From Actinomycetes bacterium (GTDB lineage: Bacteria; Actinomycetota; Actinomycetes; JAWWOW01), in the NCBI GenBank assembly GCA_045807285.1, contig JBJMHR010000021.1:90612-154611 (forward strand): a stretch of 64,000 bases of DNA, given 5' to 3'. The notes under the pieces are model-generated. The model was not told the origin of the DNA and did no database searches. It worked only from the letters and a program-made list of their open reading frames with translations. The stretch's first letter is position 1, and the number at the start of each line of letters is the position of its first letter. The position numbers and the translations under genes are program-made. Below are positions 26,281-34,829 of this stretch, piece after piece.

Positions 26281-28008
26281 CTACTCGGCCCGCACGCGGC
26301 GCGTACTGCTCGTCGCCGGTGGCAGCCGTCGCAGCTTTGCGGCGGCGGACCGCCCGGTCGGCTGCTCCTCCTCCTGCTCGACCGCTCGCGGACGAGGTAC
26401 GCCCGCGTCGAGGTCGATGGACACCCGTGGGCCGAGCGGTGCCCAACCCTTCTCGCCCAGGCCGACCAGACCCATGCAGGGCAGGTTCAGCCGGCGAAGA
26501 TCGAGCACCGATGCATGCAGTCCGGCACGCGTTGCGTGCCCGACCCGGGCCACGACAACGCTCGAGTCGGCGGCGCTCACGAGCGGGATGACCTCGCCGG
26601 AGCTCATCATCGGCGGGCTGTCGACGATGACGATGCCGACCTCAGCCAGCTGCGCGAAGATCCCGGTCAGTGTTGCCCGCATGAACGACTCCGCGGGGTT
26701 ACGGTCCGAGCCGCCCGATGGCAACAGGTAGCTGTTCGGACCCACCTCGACGAGGAGCTCGCGCGCATCGTGCGCCGTACCGTCAACGAGCTCAGCGAGC
26801 CCCGGGCGTGCCAACGTCCGGTGCACCCGGTCGAGCGTGCGATCGCGGAGGTTCGCCGAGACGACGACGACCGTTCGTCCCTGGTTCGCGAGCGACTGTG
26901 CGAGGTTCAACACAAAGGTCGTCTTGCCGCCGCCGTCCTCGGGACTCAGGATGGCGAGCACCTTGACCGACGTACCGAGGCCCGCGAGCTGCAACGCGCT
27001 GCGGGTCCGTTGGATCGCTTCGGCCGCAGGGCTGTGCGGCTTGGCGTTGACGGCGATACGGCCACCTCGAACGCTGGCCATGGTCGGAATCACGCCGAGC
27101 AGCGGCAACCCGGTGAGGGCTTCCGCCTCGGCCGAGGACGCGAGCCGCCGACGCAACGCCTCGACCACGCACGCGGTACCAACGCCGACGAGCAGTCCGA
27201 GCACGAGCCCGGCAACGAGCAGCACACGGCGGCTCGTCGGGTGCTGCACGGTGCGCACGATGACCGGGCCGGCGACGGAGGTCGGCAGGCCCTTCAGCGA
27301 CTGCTGTGCCCGCGCGCTGCTGAGTGCGGAAACGGTGGACTCGTACGCCTTGGTGGCGACCTGTAGCTGCGCAGCGGTGAGCGCGCTCGTGACATGGCCG
27401 GCGCTGGCCTGGCGCTCTGCGTCAGCCTGACGCGACCAGGCAGCGACCTCCTTGAAGTCGCTGTTGGACTGCGCCGTGAGCGTTGCCACCAGCGACGCTT
27501 GTGCCGCCGTTGCCGCCTTGTTCCGACTGGCGACGTACGTCGCGACGTACGCGCGGATCACCCGACCGGTCAACCCGGCATCGTGATCAGTGAAGGTCAG
27601 GTCGACCCACGTCGTCCCGGTGACAGGCTTGGCGCTGAGCTTCGACAGGCCGCTCACACCTGAGTTCGCCTTGTTTGTCTGGTCGAGGTGACCGGCACGT
27701 GCGCCCAGTGACTTCAGCGCAGCCGCCATCACCGTCGGGTCGGCGTACCGGGCGACACCGTTGCCGCTGTTGCCGCTTCGCGTGGTCGACGTACCGGCGG
27801 AGGCCGCCTTCTCCGAGCCGAACGCCTTGATGTCCACGCGTTGCGAGGCGGCGTAGGTGCGCGTGTTCGTCGTGACCAGCGGGACCACAAGGGCACCGAG
27901 CAGGCCGCCCAGGGCCACCGAGACCAGCACGATGACGCGATGGCGCCAGGCCGCACCGAGGTAGTCGCCGAGCGCCGGCGTGGGATTCATCGACTCATAG
28001 GTCGCCAT
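26281..28008 (-). CDS. Polysaccharide co-polymerase / BY-kinase (Wzc/CpsD-like) homolog lacking C-terminal Tyr cluster
   Basis: N-terminal TM + Wzz-like periplasmic region + second TM. P-loop LSPEDGGGKTTFVLNLA and Walker B VIVDSPP. The C-terminal 60 aa contain no Tyr. Confidence 0.8.
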   Translation of the reverse strand: MATYESMNPTPALGDYLGAAWRHRVIVLVSVALGGLLGALVVPLVTTNTRTYAASQRVDIKAFGSEKAASAGTSTTRSGNSGNGVARYADPTVMAAALKSLGARAGHLDQTNKANSGVSGLSKLSAKPVTGTTWVDLTFTDHDAGLTGRVIRAYVATYVASRNKAATAAQASLVATLTAQSNSDFKEVAAWSRQADAERQASAGHVTSALTAAQLQVATKAYESTVSALSSARAQQSLKGLPTSVAGPVIVRTVQHPTSRRVLLVAGLVLGLLVGVGTACVVEALRRRLASSAEAEALTGLPLLGVIPTMASVRGGRIAVNAKPHSPAAEAIQRTRSALQLAGLGTSVKVLAILSPEDGGGKTTFVLNLAQSLANQGRTVVVVSANLRDRTLDRVHRTLARPGLAELVDGTAHDARELLVEVGPNSYLLPSGGSDRNPAESFMRATLTGIFAQLAEVGIVIVDSPPMMSSGEVIPLVSAADSSVVVARVGHATRAGLHASVLDLRRLNLPCMGLVGLGEKGWAPLGPRVSIDLDAGVPRPRAVEQEEEQPTGRSAAAKLRRLPPATSSTRRVRAE

Positions 28009-28029
28009 GGTTCCTCCATGTGGACGAAG

Positions 28030-28932
28030 TCATGCGATGCCCCACCCGTCGAACGGGCCGCGCACGTAGGGACGGATACGTCGGACGTCAACGGCCAGCC
28101 GGGACTGCAACTCGGCACGTACGTCCGGGGAGATCTCCACCATGTCTTGCAAGTCCGGTTGCAGCGCTTCGCGCCGTCGCAATCGGGTCTTGACGGTGCC
28201 TGGGAGCGCCCGCGCTACGCCTTGCAACACGGGATGACCGACAGCGCGTGGTCGGGTACGGAAGCGCGTCGCTCGGTTCAGGTGTGGTACGTCGTTGCGG
28301 GGCACCCATGACGTGTCGACGCCCAGGAAGCCGAACACTTCCCGCATCGCCGCGCGTGGCTCCTGCCAGAGCCATTCCGACGTGATCACGCAGACCCGAC
28401 CGGCCGGGTAGTGCTCCAACCACTGATCGAGCTGCAGCGCGTAGGAGCTTGCGTCCACGTACTTCGGTTGGCCGAGCAGCGCGCCGCCCGCGGAGCCGTA
28501 CCGGCCGATCCGCGACCAGCCCGCCGGCGGCGTGCCGACCACCGCGCGGCGCACGTCGTGCTCGTATTGCGACCGCATGCGCTCGATCGGCTCGCGTACG
28601 ACGTACACCAGGCGCGCTTGCGGAACGACCGACGCGGCACGCCCGGCGACGCCGGCGAGCTGCGGGCTCTGCGTGTACGTGACGGAGGCCTCACCGCGAA
28701 CCGCTTTATGTGCGCCCTTGGTGAACTGCTGCGCGTACCACGGCACGCCCTGGCGCCAGTTGCGCTCAGCGACGAAGAAGTGCAGCTCCTTCGGCTGGGA
28801 CATGAAGATCTCGGGGTGCTCGGACAGGGCCTGGTGCAGGCTCGTCGACCCGGCACGCATCGCGCCGATCACAAGGAGGTTGGGCAACGTGGTTGCGCTT
28901 GCGGCGGCGGTCATAGCTTGCTGGACTGCCAT
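28030..28932 (-). CDS. Sulfotransferase family protein (paralog 3)
   Basis: LLVIGAMRAGSTSL. KELHFFVAERNWRQGVPWY. LVYVVREPIERMRSQY. Confidence 0.8.
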   Translation of the reverse strand: MAVQQAMTAAASATTLPNLLVIGAMRAGSTSLHQALSEHPEIFMSQPKELHFFVAERNWRQGVPWYAQQFTKGAHKAVRGEASVTYTQSPQLAGVAGRAASVVPQARLVYVVREPIERMRSQYEHDVRRAVVGTPPAGWSRIGRYGSAGGALLGQPKYVDASSYALQLDQWLEHYPAGRVCVITSEWLWQEPRAAMREVFGFLGVDTSWVPRNDVPHLNRATRFRTRPRAVGHPVLQGVARALPGTVKTRLRRREALQPDLQDMVEISPDVRAELQSRLAVDVRRIRPYVRGPFDGWGIA

Positions 28933-30092
28933 TTCGTGTCCACGTGCAACGGCGCGAGACGCACGATCGCCTTGGGCACCGACTGCAGGGCCGGCCCGGT
29001 CACCTCGAACCGCCGCGCTGGGTGCCAGGGAAGGATGTCGCGCTTGCGGTCGAATACGCCGACCCAGAGGCAGTAGCTGCCGCGCGGCAGCGGCAGGTGG
29101 TCGATCACGCAGGAGATCTCTGTCTCGCCTGCGGCGAGCTGCTCATCGCGTCGGACGACGAAGATCGGGGTGGCCGTTCCTTGGCTGACGCCGATCACGA
29201 CGTTGGCCTGCGTGGCCCACGGTGCCTCGACGATGAGTGACACTGTTAGTGATTTGCCCGTCGTGGGCACGCTGCGTCCGGGACCGCTGACCTGCGCCTT
29301 GAGCAGCTGCAGCAGACCGTCGACCGGGATGTTGAGCTCGGCCGCCTCCTCCACCGAACGGCGGTAGTGCCCGAGCACCTCGGAGACCGGCCCGTCCTGC
29401 TGCACCTCGCCCTGGTCGAGCCAGATCCCCCTGGTGCAGGTCGCCTCCACCGCTGCGAGGTCGTGGCTGACAAACACCAACGTCGTACCGGTGGACAGCA
29501 CTTCGCGCATCCGGGTGAGGCACTTCTGCTGGAAGGACGCGTCGCCCACGGCGAGCACCTCGTCGACGAGCAAGATGTCCGGCTCGAGGAAGGCCGCAAC
29601 GGCGAAACCGAGCCGCATCTGCATACCGCTCGAGTAGAACTTCACCTGCCGGTCGATGGCCTCGGGGATCTCCGAGAAGTCCACGATCTCGTCGAACCGG
29701 CGCGCGACCTCCTTGCGCGGCAGCCCGAGCAGCGAGCCGTAGACGTAGATGTTCTCCCGACCGCTCAGGTCAGGAGAGATGCCGGCCCGCACCTCGATGA
29801 GCGCGCCTACCCGCCCAGCGGCCGCGACACTGCCGGCGTACGGGTACATCACGCGCGTGAGCAGCTTCAACAACGTGGACTTGCCGGAGCCGTTCGCGCC
29901 GAACAGGCCCACTGACTCGCCGGGCTCGGCCCGTAGGTTGATGTCGCGCAGCACCATGCGGTAGCGCGTGTCCAGCTCGCCCTTCATCTTGCGCGACATC
30001 CGGTCGACGTGGTCGCGCAGCAACATGCGATGACGGTCAGCCCGGAATCGCTTCCACACGTGGTCAGCGCGGATTTCGCCCTCACGCAACAT
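28911..30092 (-). CDS. wzt: ABC transporter ATP-binding protein, O-antigen/teichoic-acid export type (Wzt-like) with C-terminal carbohydrate-binding extension
   Basis: Walker A GANGSGKSTL. Signature YSSGMQMRLGFA. Walker B ILLVDEVLAVGD. About 150 aa beyond the NBD resembles Wzt_C. Confidence 0.85.
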   Translation of the reverse strand: MLREGEIRADHVWKRFRADRHRMLLRDHVDRMSRKMKGELDTRYRMVLRDINLRAEPGESVGLFGANGSGKSTLLKLLTRVMYPYAGSVAAAGRVGALIEVRAGISPDLSGRENIYVYGSLLGLPRKEVARRFDEIVDFSEIPEAIDRQVKFYSSGMQMRLGFAVAAFLEPDILLVDEVLAVGDASFQQKCLTRMREVLSTGTTLVFVSHDLAAVEATCTRGIWLDQGEVQQDGPVSEVLGHYRRSVEEAAELNIPVDGLLQLLKAQVSGPGRSVPTTGKSLTVSLIVEAPWATQANVVIGVSQGTATPIFVVRRDEQLAAGETEISCVIDHLPLPRGSYCLWVGVFDRKRDILPWHPARRFEVTGPALQSVPKAIVRLAPLHVDTKWQSSKL

Positions 30093-30936
30093 CGGCGATG
30101 CCGCCTTCGAGCCGTTTGAAGAGCCAGTAGCCCACGACGAACAGCGAGCTTGAGACCAGGGTGGCCACGCCGAGCATCGGCCAGTCGGGCGCTTGGTTGT
30201 ACAGAACCGTCCTGCGGTAGCCGTCGATGACCACCGCGAGCGGGTTGATCACCTGGTAGAGCGTTCGCATGCTCGCAGGGACGTCGGCCAGGCTGTAGGC
30301 GACAGGGGTGGCGAACAGGCCCAGCTGCAGAAAGACCGGCAATGCGTACCGCAGGTCACGCAGGTACACGATGGTGATTGCCGCGAACAGCGTCAGCCCG
30401 AGCGTCAGCAGGACTTGCACGATCATGAACAACGGCACATACACCGAGGCGGGCTGCGGCGAGGTCTGGAAGATGAAGAACAGCGCCACGAGTCCGCTCA
30501 GCGCCATAGTCGTGTCGACGGCCGCCACCAGCATGGACCCGATCGGGAAGACCTCCCGCGGGCAGTAGACCTTGTTCAGCACCGGCACGTTGTTGACCAG
30601 GCTGAGACCGCCGACGTTCAGGCTGCTCGAGAAGAACGTCCACGGCAGCAGACCGAGGTACGAGAAGAGCGCATAGTGAGTGGTGCCGTGGTTGACGTGT
30701 GCAATGCGCTGAAAGAACAAGGTGAAGACGAGCATCAGAGCTACCGGCGTCAGTAGCGCCCAGGCAACGCCCAAGAAGGCCTGCTTGTAGCGCACCCGGT
30801 AGTCGCGTTCGGCCAACGTCCAGATGAGCTCGCGCGATTTCCAGAGCTCACGAACGGACGTGACGACGCCCGTGCGACGTCGAAATCGCAGGGATGCGGG
30901 CGGGCCGTCGAGGAGAGTGGCCGCGGCGGTGGTCAC
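30082..30936 (-). CDS. wzm: ABC-2 type transporter permease (Wzm-like)
   Basis: Six TM segments. The LAERDYRVRYKQAFLGVAWALL ABC-2 N-terminal motif is present. It overlaps the wzt start by 11 nt. Confidence 0.85.
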   Translation of the reverse strand: MTTAAATLLDGPPASLRFRRRTGVVTSVRELWKSRELIWTLAERDYRVRYKQAFLGVAWALLTPVALMLVFTLFFQRIAHVNHGTTHYALFSYLGLLPWTFFSSSLNVGGLSLVNNVPVLNKVYCPREVFPIGSMLVAAVDTTMALSGLVALFFIFQTSPQPASVYVPLFMIVQVLLTLGLTLFAAITIVYLRDLRYALPVFLQLGLFATPVAYSLADVPASMRTLYQVINPLAVVIDGYRRTVLYNQAPDWPMLGVATLVSSSLFVVGYWLFKRLEGGIADVA

Positions 30937-31048
30937 GCTCGAACAGAGACAGGGCGGTCTGCCCTGATACGTCGCAGCCGGCGTGTATCACTCAGTGGCT
31001 GTCTCGGCTCTAGTCGGCGCTGACACAAGTGCACGACCAGGAGGCGAG
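30937..31048. promoter_or_regulatory. Divergent intergenic control region between wzm-led minus operon and pqqD-like-led plus operon
   Basis: 112 bp. Perfect hairpin/palindrome CAGGGC-ggtct-GCCCTG at 30950-30966. AGGAGG SD at 31038-31043. Confidence 0.4.
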
Positions 31049-31447
31049 ATGCTGCGGCCGCGCAAGTTCTTCGGATCGACGCAGTCCGCTCGCAACCGAC
31101 GCGCAGAAGAGCCGGCGGCACGACGCTGCTGGGCTACGCCGTCGGTGCACACCTTGATGGACATCGCGAAACTTCCTCGTGCCGGCGACTACGACCTCGA
31201 GCGGCGTACACCTGTCGTGCGCGAGTGGGACCTCCTGGGTTACGGCGTCCTCATGACGCTCGACGGTGTACTGCACGCGCTCGACCCGATCGCGTACCGC
31301 GCCTGGCAGCTGCACAAGCAGCACCGCCCGGACGATGAAGTCGCTTTCGCACTCACGGCCGAGTGGGAGGTCGACTACGACCTCGCGCACCGGGGCGTCA
31401 CCGCCGTGCTGAGCAGACTGGGCGAACCCGCTGCAGCTGGTGTTTGA
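31049..31447 (+). CDS. PqqD-family (RRE) peptide-chaperone-like protein
   Basis: ATG at 31049 with an AGGAGG SD at 31038-31043. The C-terminal 80 aa (WDLLGYGVLMTLDGVLHALDPIAYRAWQL...DDEVAFALTAEWEVDYDLAHRGVTAVLSRL) fit the PqqD fold pattern. The ORF-track start at 30983 lacks an SD. Confidence 0.6.
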   Translation: MLRPRKFFGSTQSARNRRAEEPAARRCWATPSVHTLMDIAKLPRAGDYDLERRTPVVREWDLLGYGVLMTLDGVLHALDPIAYRAWQLHKQHRPDDEVAFALTAEWEVDYDLAHRGVTAVLSRLGEPAAAGV

Positions 31448-32321
31448 CGTGATCGAGCTCACCGGCATACCGACCCAACGGGGCCAGCTCGAGGACCTCT
31501 GGCTGGAAGTCATGTTCGACTTTCTGGGCACCACCGTCTGTCTGGTCTCAGCGAACATCGAGCACATCCAGCACTGGTGCGCGGTCTACTCCGAGTTCCG
31601 CGTCCCCCGGCGCTCCGCCGACGTCACGGTCCGGGTGAGCGATCGCGTCTCGAAGATCGCGCCGCGTGGTGTGACACTGGAAACCGGCGAAAGCATCTCG
31701 GTCTGGGACGGACGGGCACCGTTGATGCCGCCGCTGCGCGCACCGGGACTGGACCGCTACATCTACCTGCAGGGTGCCGCAACCGGCCGGGCCGGGCATG
31801 CAGCACTGATGATCGGCGGCCCCCGCTCGGGCCGTACGACGCTCGCCACCTCATCTGCCGCACGCGGGGCGCGGCTGCTCGCCGACGACCTGATCCCGCT
31901 CGACCCCGACGACCTCCTCGCCATGCCGTGGCCCAAGGCGCTTGCGCTCCCCAGCGACGTGCTCGTACAGCTCGGCGTGGACCCCAGCCTGCCCGGCCTG
32001 GTTCCCTTCGTCACCCGGGCCGGTGACCTGCGCTGGCGGATCGCACCGTCCGCACTCTTCGGCAAACAACTCGCGCGGGTGCCAACCGACGTTGCGGCCG
32101 TCGTGTTCATGGAGCCGACCGGGCAGGAGCCAACCGGACTGAGCGACGTCTCCCCCGGCGAGGCCTTCGAACGGCTCGTGCGGCATCTCGAGGTCCGGCC
32201 GGTCGACCGCGAGCGGACCACCGACGCGCTCGTGCGGCTCTGCCGGCGCGTGCCCACGCTCGCGTTGCGGCCCAGCACGCCTGCAGACGACGCCGCGCTC
32301 ATCGATGCGCTGCTCCGCTGA
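31440..32321 (+). CDS. HprK-related kinase-like protein (HPr kinase C-terminal domain homolog)
   Basis: MIGGPRSGRTTLATSSAARGARLLADDLIPLD matches the HprK P-loop/GxRLVADD signature (GDSGVGKSE...GHRLVADD). An 8-nt overlap with the upstream PqqD-like gene indicates translational coupling. Confidence 0.6.
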   Translation: MFDVIELTGIPTQRGQLEDLWLEVMFDFLGTTVCLVSANIEHIQHWCAVYSEFRVPRRSADVTVRVSDRVSKIAPRGVTLETGESISVWDGRAPLMPPLRAPGLDRYIYLQGAATGRAGHAALMIGGPRSGRTTLATSSAARGARLLADDLIPLDPDDLLAMPWPKALALPSDVLVQLGVDPSLPGLVPFVTRAGDLRWRIAPSALFGKQLARVPTDVAAVVFMEPTGQEPTGLSDVSPGEAFERLVRHLEVRPVDRERTTDALVRLCRRVPTLALRPSTPADDAALIDALLR

Positions 32322-32340
32322 CGGGTGACGAGGAGGTGAC

Positions 32341-33528
32341 GTGACACAGACCGTCGCACCTGCGACATCGCGTGTGCAGGGCGCTGCACGCGTCCGGGTC
32401 CTACACGTCATCACACACCTCGACCACGGCGGCGCCCAGGACAACACCCTGCTGACGGTCGCCGGGCTCGACCACTCGGCATACGTCGTCGACGTCGCCG
32501 CCGGACCGGGCGAGCTCGAGGCTTATGCCCGGACCATCGCGCACGACGTGCGCATCCTGCACAGCCTCAAGCGCCCGCTGCTCGATCCCGGCGCCATCCA
32601 GACATTTCAGCAGCTCGCCGCCATGAGCCGCGACTACGACATCGTTCACACGCACGGCTCCAAGGCCGGCGTGCTCGGTCGGCTGGCCGCGCGTATGTTG
32701 CACGTGCCTGTCGTCGTACACACGGTGCACGGGATGCCGGTGAACGACTTCATGGGCCGAACACAGCGACGGATACTGCTGGCAGCCGAACGTACAGCGG
32801 CTCGGTGCGCCGACGCGATCATCTGCGTCTGCGAGGAGAACCGGCAGGAAGCGCTCGACCTTCGGATCGCGAAGCCACGGCAACTGCGCGTCGTCGTCAG
32901 CGGCATCGACGAACGATCGGTCACCGCGGGCGTCGGGGCGCGCGTGCGGGCTGAGCTCCGCATACCGCCAGACGCGCCCGTCGTCGGCAGTGTCACGCGG
33001 CTGATGGAGCAGAAGGCACCCCTCGACCTGATTGCGGCGATGCGCACGGTCGTCGAGGAGCGCGGCGATGCGCACTGCATGGTCGCGGGCGAGGGGCCGT
33101 TGTACGACGCCGTCATAGCGGCCGCCCGGGACCACGCCCGCATCCATGTGCTCGGTTACCGCGATGACATCGCGGACATCATCGCTGCGACCGACGTGGC
33201 GGTGTACAGCTCGCTATGGGAGGGCCTCGGGCGCGCGCTGACCGAGTCCGTCCTAGCCGGCCGCCCGGTGGTCGCTACCGCCGTAAACGGCGTGCCGGAC
33301 CTCGTGCGCGACGGCGTGACGGGATATCTCGTGCCACCCCGTGACCCCGCGCTGCTCGCGCGTCGCACCCTGGATGTGCTTGCGCTACCGGACCGTGGCG
33401 TGGCGATGGGCGCGGCCGGCGCGGCGAGCGTCCGGGGCAAGTACGGCGTCGAACAGATGGTTGCCGGGATCGATGCGACCTACCGCGAGCTACTGGAAAC
33501 CAAGAACGTTCGGGTGCCGCCATGTTGA
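32341..33528 (+). CDS. Glycosyltransferase family 4 (GT-B, retaining)
   Basis: GTG start with a GAGGAGG SD. GGAQ N-terminal motif and the E-x7-E region (EGLGRALTESVLAGRPVVATAVNG). 395 aa. Confidence 0.85.
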   Translation: MTQTVAPATSRVQGAARVRVLHVITHLDHGGAQDNTLLTVAGLDHSAYVVDVAAGPGELEAYARTIAHDVRILHSLKRPLLDPGAIQTFQQLAAMSRDYDIVHTHGSKAGVLGRLAARMLHVPVVVHTVHGMPVNDFMGRTQRRILLAAERTAARCADAIICVCEENRQEALDLRIAKPRQLRVVVSGIDERSVTAGVGARVRAELRIPPDAPVVGSVTRLMEQKAPLDLIAAMRTVVEERGDAHCMVAGEGPLYDAVIAAARDHARIHVLGYRDDIADIIAATDVAVYSSLWEGLGRALTESVLAGRPVVATAVNGVPDLVRDGVTGYLVPPRDPALLARRTLDVLALPDRGVAMGAAGAASVRGKYGVEQMVAGIDATYRELLETKNVRVPPC

Positions 33529-34829
33529 TGACGCTCCTCGCCGCAACGACGGCAGCGCTGCCGCTGCTCGTGCCACGTGGGCCCGGCAACACCGCGCCGG
33601 TCGACATCTTCGCGGCGCTTTTCGTGCTCGCAGTCGTTGTGCAGACCCTGCTGTCACGTCGGCGCGGCATCGTCGTGCCCGCCGCCGGCCCGCTGTTGCT
33701 GATCGCGCTCGTCAGCGCCAGCGCAGTGCTCTTCAGCGTCGCCCCCGGCACCGGGCTGCTGAACCTGCTGATCGAGGCATACCTCGTCGCACTGCTCTGG
33801 GCGGCGTGCAGTGAGCTTCGTGGCCGACCGGACCGGATGGCCGTGATCACCTCGGTCTGGGCGGTCGCCGCCGTCTTCTGGGCCTTCCTGCTGGTAGGAA
33901 CGCAGTGGCATCTGTTGCCCGGGGGCCTGCAGCACCTGCTGCTCGAGAACGACAGCTCAGGACGTGCCGCAGCCGCCGCGCGCAATCCCAACCTCGCCGC
34001 GAGCTTCCTCGTCACCTCTGTCTTCGTTGTAATGGCCTCGCCCTGGCCGCGATCGCGCCTCGTCCGCGGCGGTATCTACGCCTGGCTGATGACAGCGGTC
34101 GTGGTGTCGGGCTCCAACGGCGCGCTGCTGGGAGCCGCCGCGGGCGGCGTACTTCTGCTGGCCTTGCGGATCATCCGCCGGTCGTCACGGATCGGTCGGT
34201 CGCTCGTGCGCGCCTCGGTCGCAGTTGCCGCCGGCATCGCGATCTTCGCCGTGGCTGAGGCATCGCCCACCGTCAACCAGGCGACAGCGGACAAGATCGC
34301 GCAGAGCAGTCACAGCAACGGCGCCTTGCGCGACAACGTCGGGCGCATCAACAACAGCGTGTCGACACGGGTGTCCATCTGGTCGTCAGCGCTGCACGGC
34401 GGCTTCGACCACAGTGCGCTCGGCGTCGGGGTCGGCGAGGCGCAGACGATCCAGGTCGGCGGCCAGGCGCTCGGCAAGAGTCTGCACAACGACGTGCTCG
34501 CCTTCCTGCTCGAGCGCGGCGTCGTCGGACTTGCTGCTCTCCTGCTTCTCGTCGCCGTCGTGCTGCGGTGGAGCAGCCGACTCGCGCGGGCCGGACCCGT
34601 GCGCATCGACGGCCGACTGTGGCGCCTGCAAGGGCTGGCGGCAGCAGTCACCGCGAACCTCGTGATCTCGCTGACCCACGAGTCATACCACTTCCGGCAC
34701 CTGTGGCTGTTGCTCGCTCTCGTGTGGGCCGCTTCCGATCTCGTCGCGGTGAGGTCACCGGCACGAGTCCCCGCACCGGCGCGATCGTTCGTGCCGGTGC
34801 CGATGCGGAGCATCCGTGTACCGGCCTGA
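33522..34829 (+). CDS. O-antigen ligase/polymerase (Wzy_C) family membrane protein
   Basis: About 11 TM helices. Wzy_C loop with GSNGALLG...SLHNDVLAFLLERGVVG. A 7-nt overlap with the upstream GT4 gene. Confidence 0.7.
   Translation: MLMTLLAATTAALPLLVPRGPGNTAPVDIFAALFVLAVVVQTLLSRRRGIVVPAAGPLLLIALVSASAVLFSVAPGTGLLNLLIEAYLVALLWAACSELRGRPDRMAVITSVWAVAAVFWAFLLVGTQWHLLPGGLQHLLLENDSSGRAAAAARNPNLAASFLVTSVFVVMASPWPRSRLVRGGIYAWLMTAVVVSGSNGALLGAAAGGVLLLALRIIRRSSRIGRSLVRASVAVAAGIAIFAVAEASPTVNQATADKIAQSSHSNGALRDNVGRINNSVSTRVSIWSSALHGGFDHSALGVGVGEAQTIQVGGQALGKSLHNDVLAFLLERGVVGLAALLLLVAVVLRWSSRLARAGPVRIDGRLWRLQGLAAAVTANLVISLTHESYHFRHLWLLLALVWAASDLVAVRSPARVPAPARSFVPVPMRSIRVPA

Noticed and set aside
25843-27366. 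507-aa plus-strand ORF
   Set aside because: Antisense to the epimerase and Wzc-like genes. Arg-rich junk.
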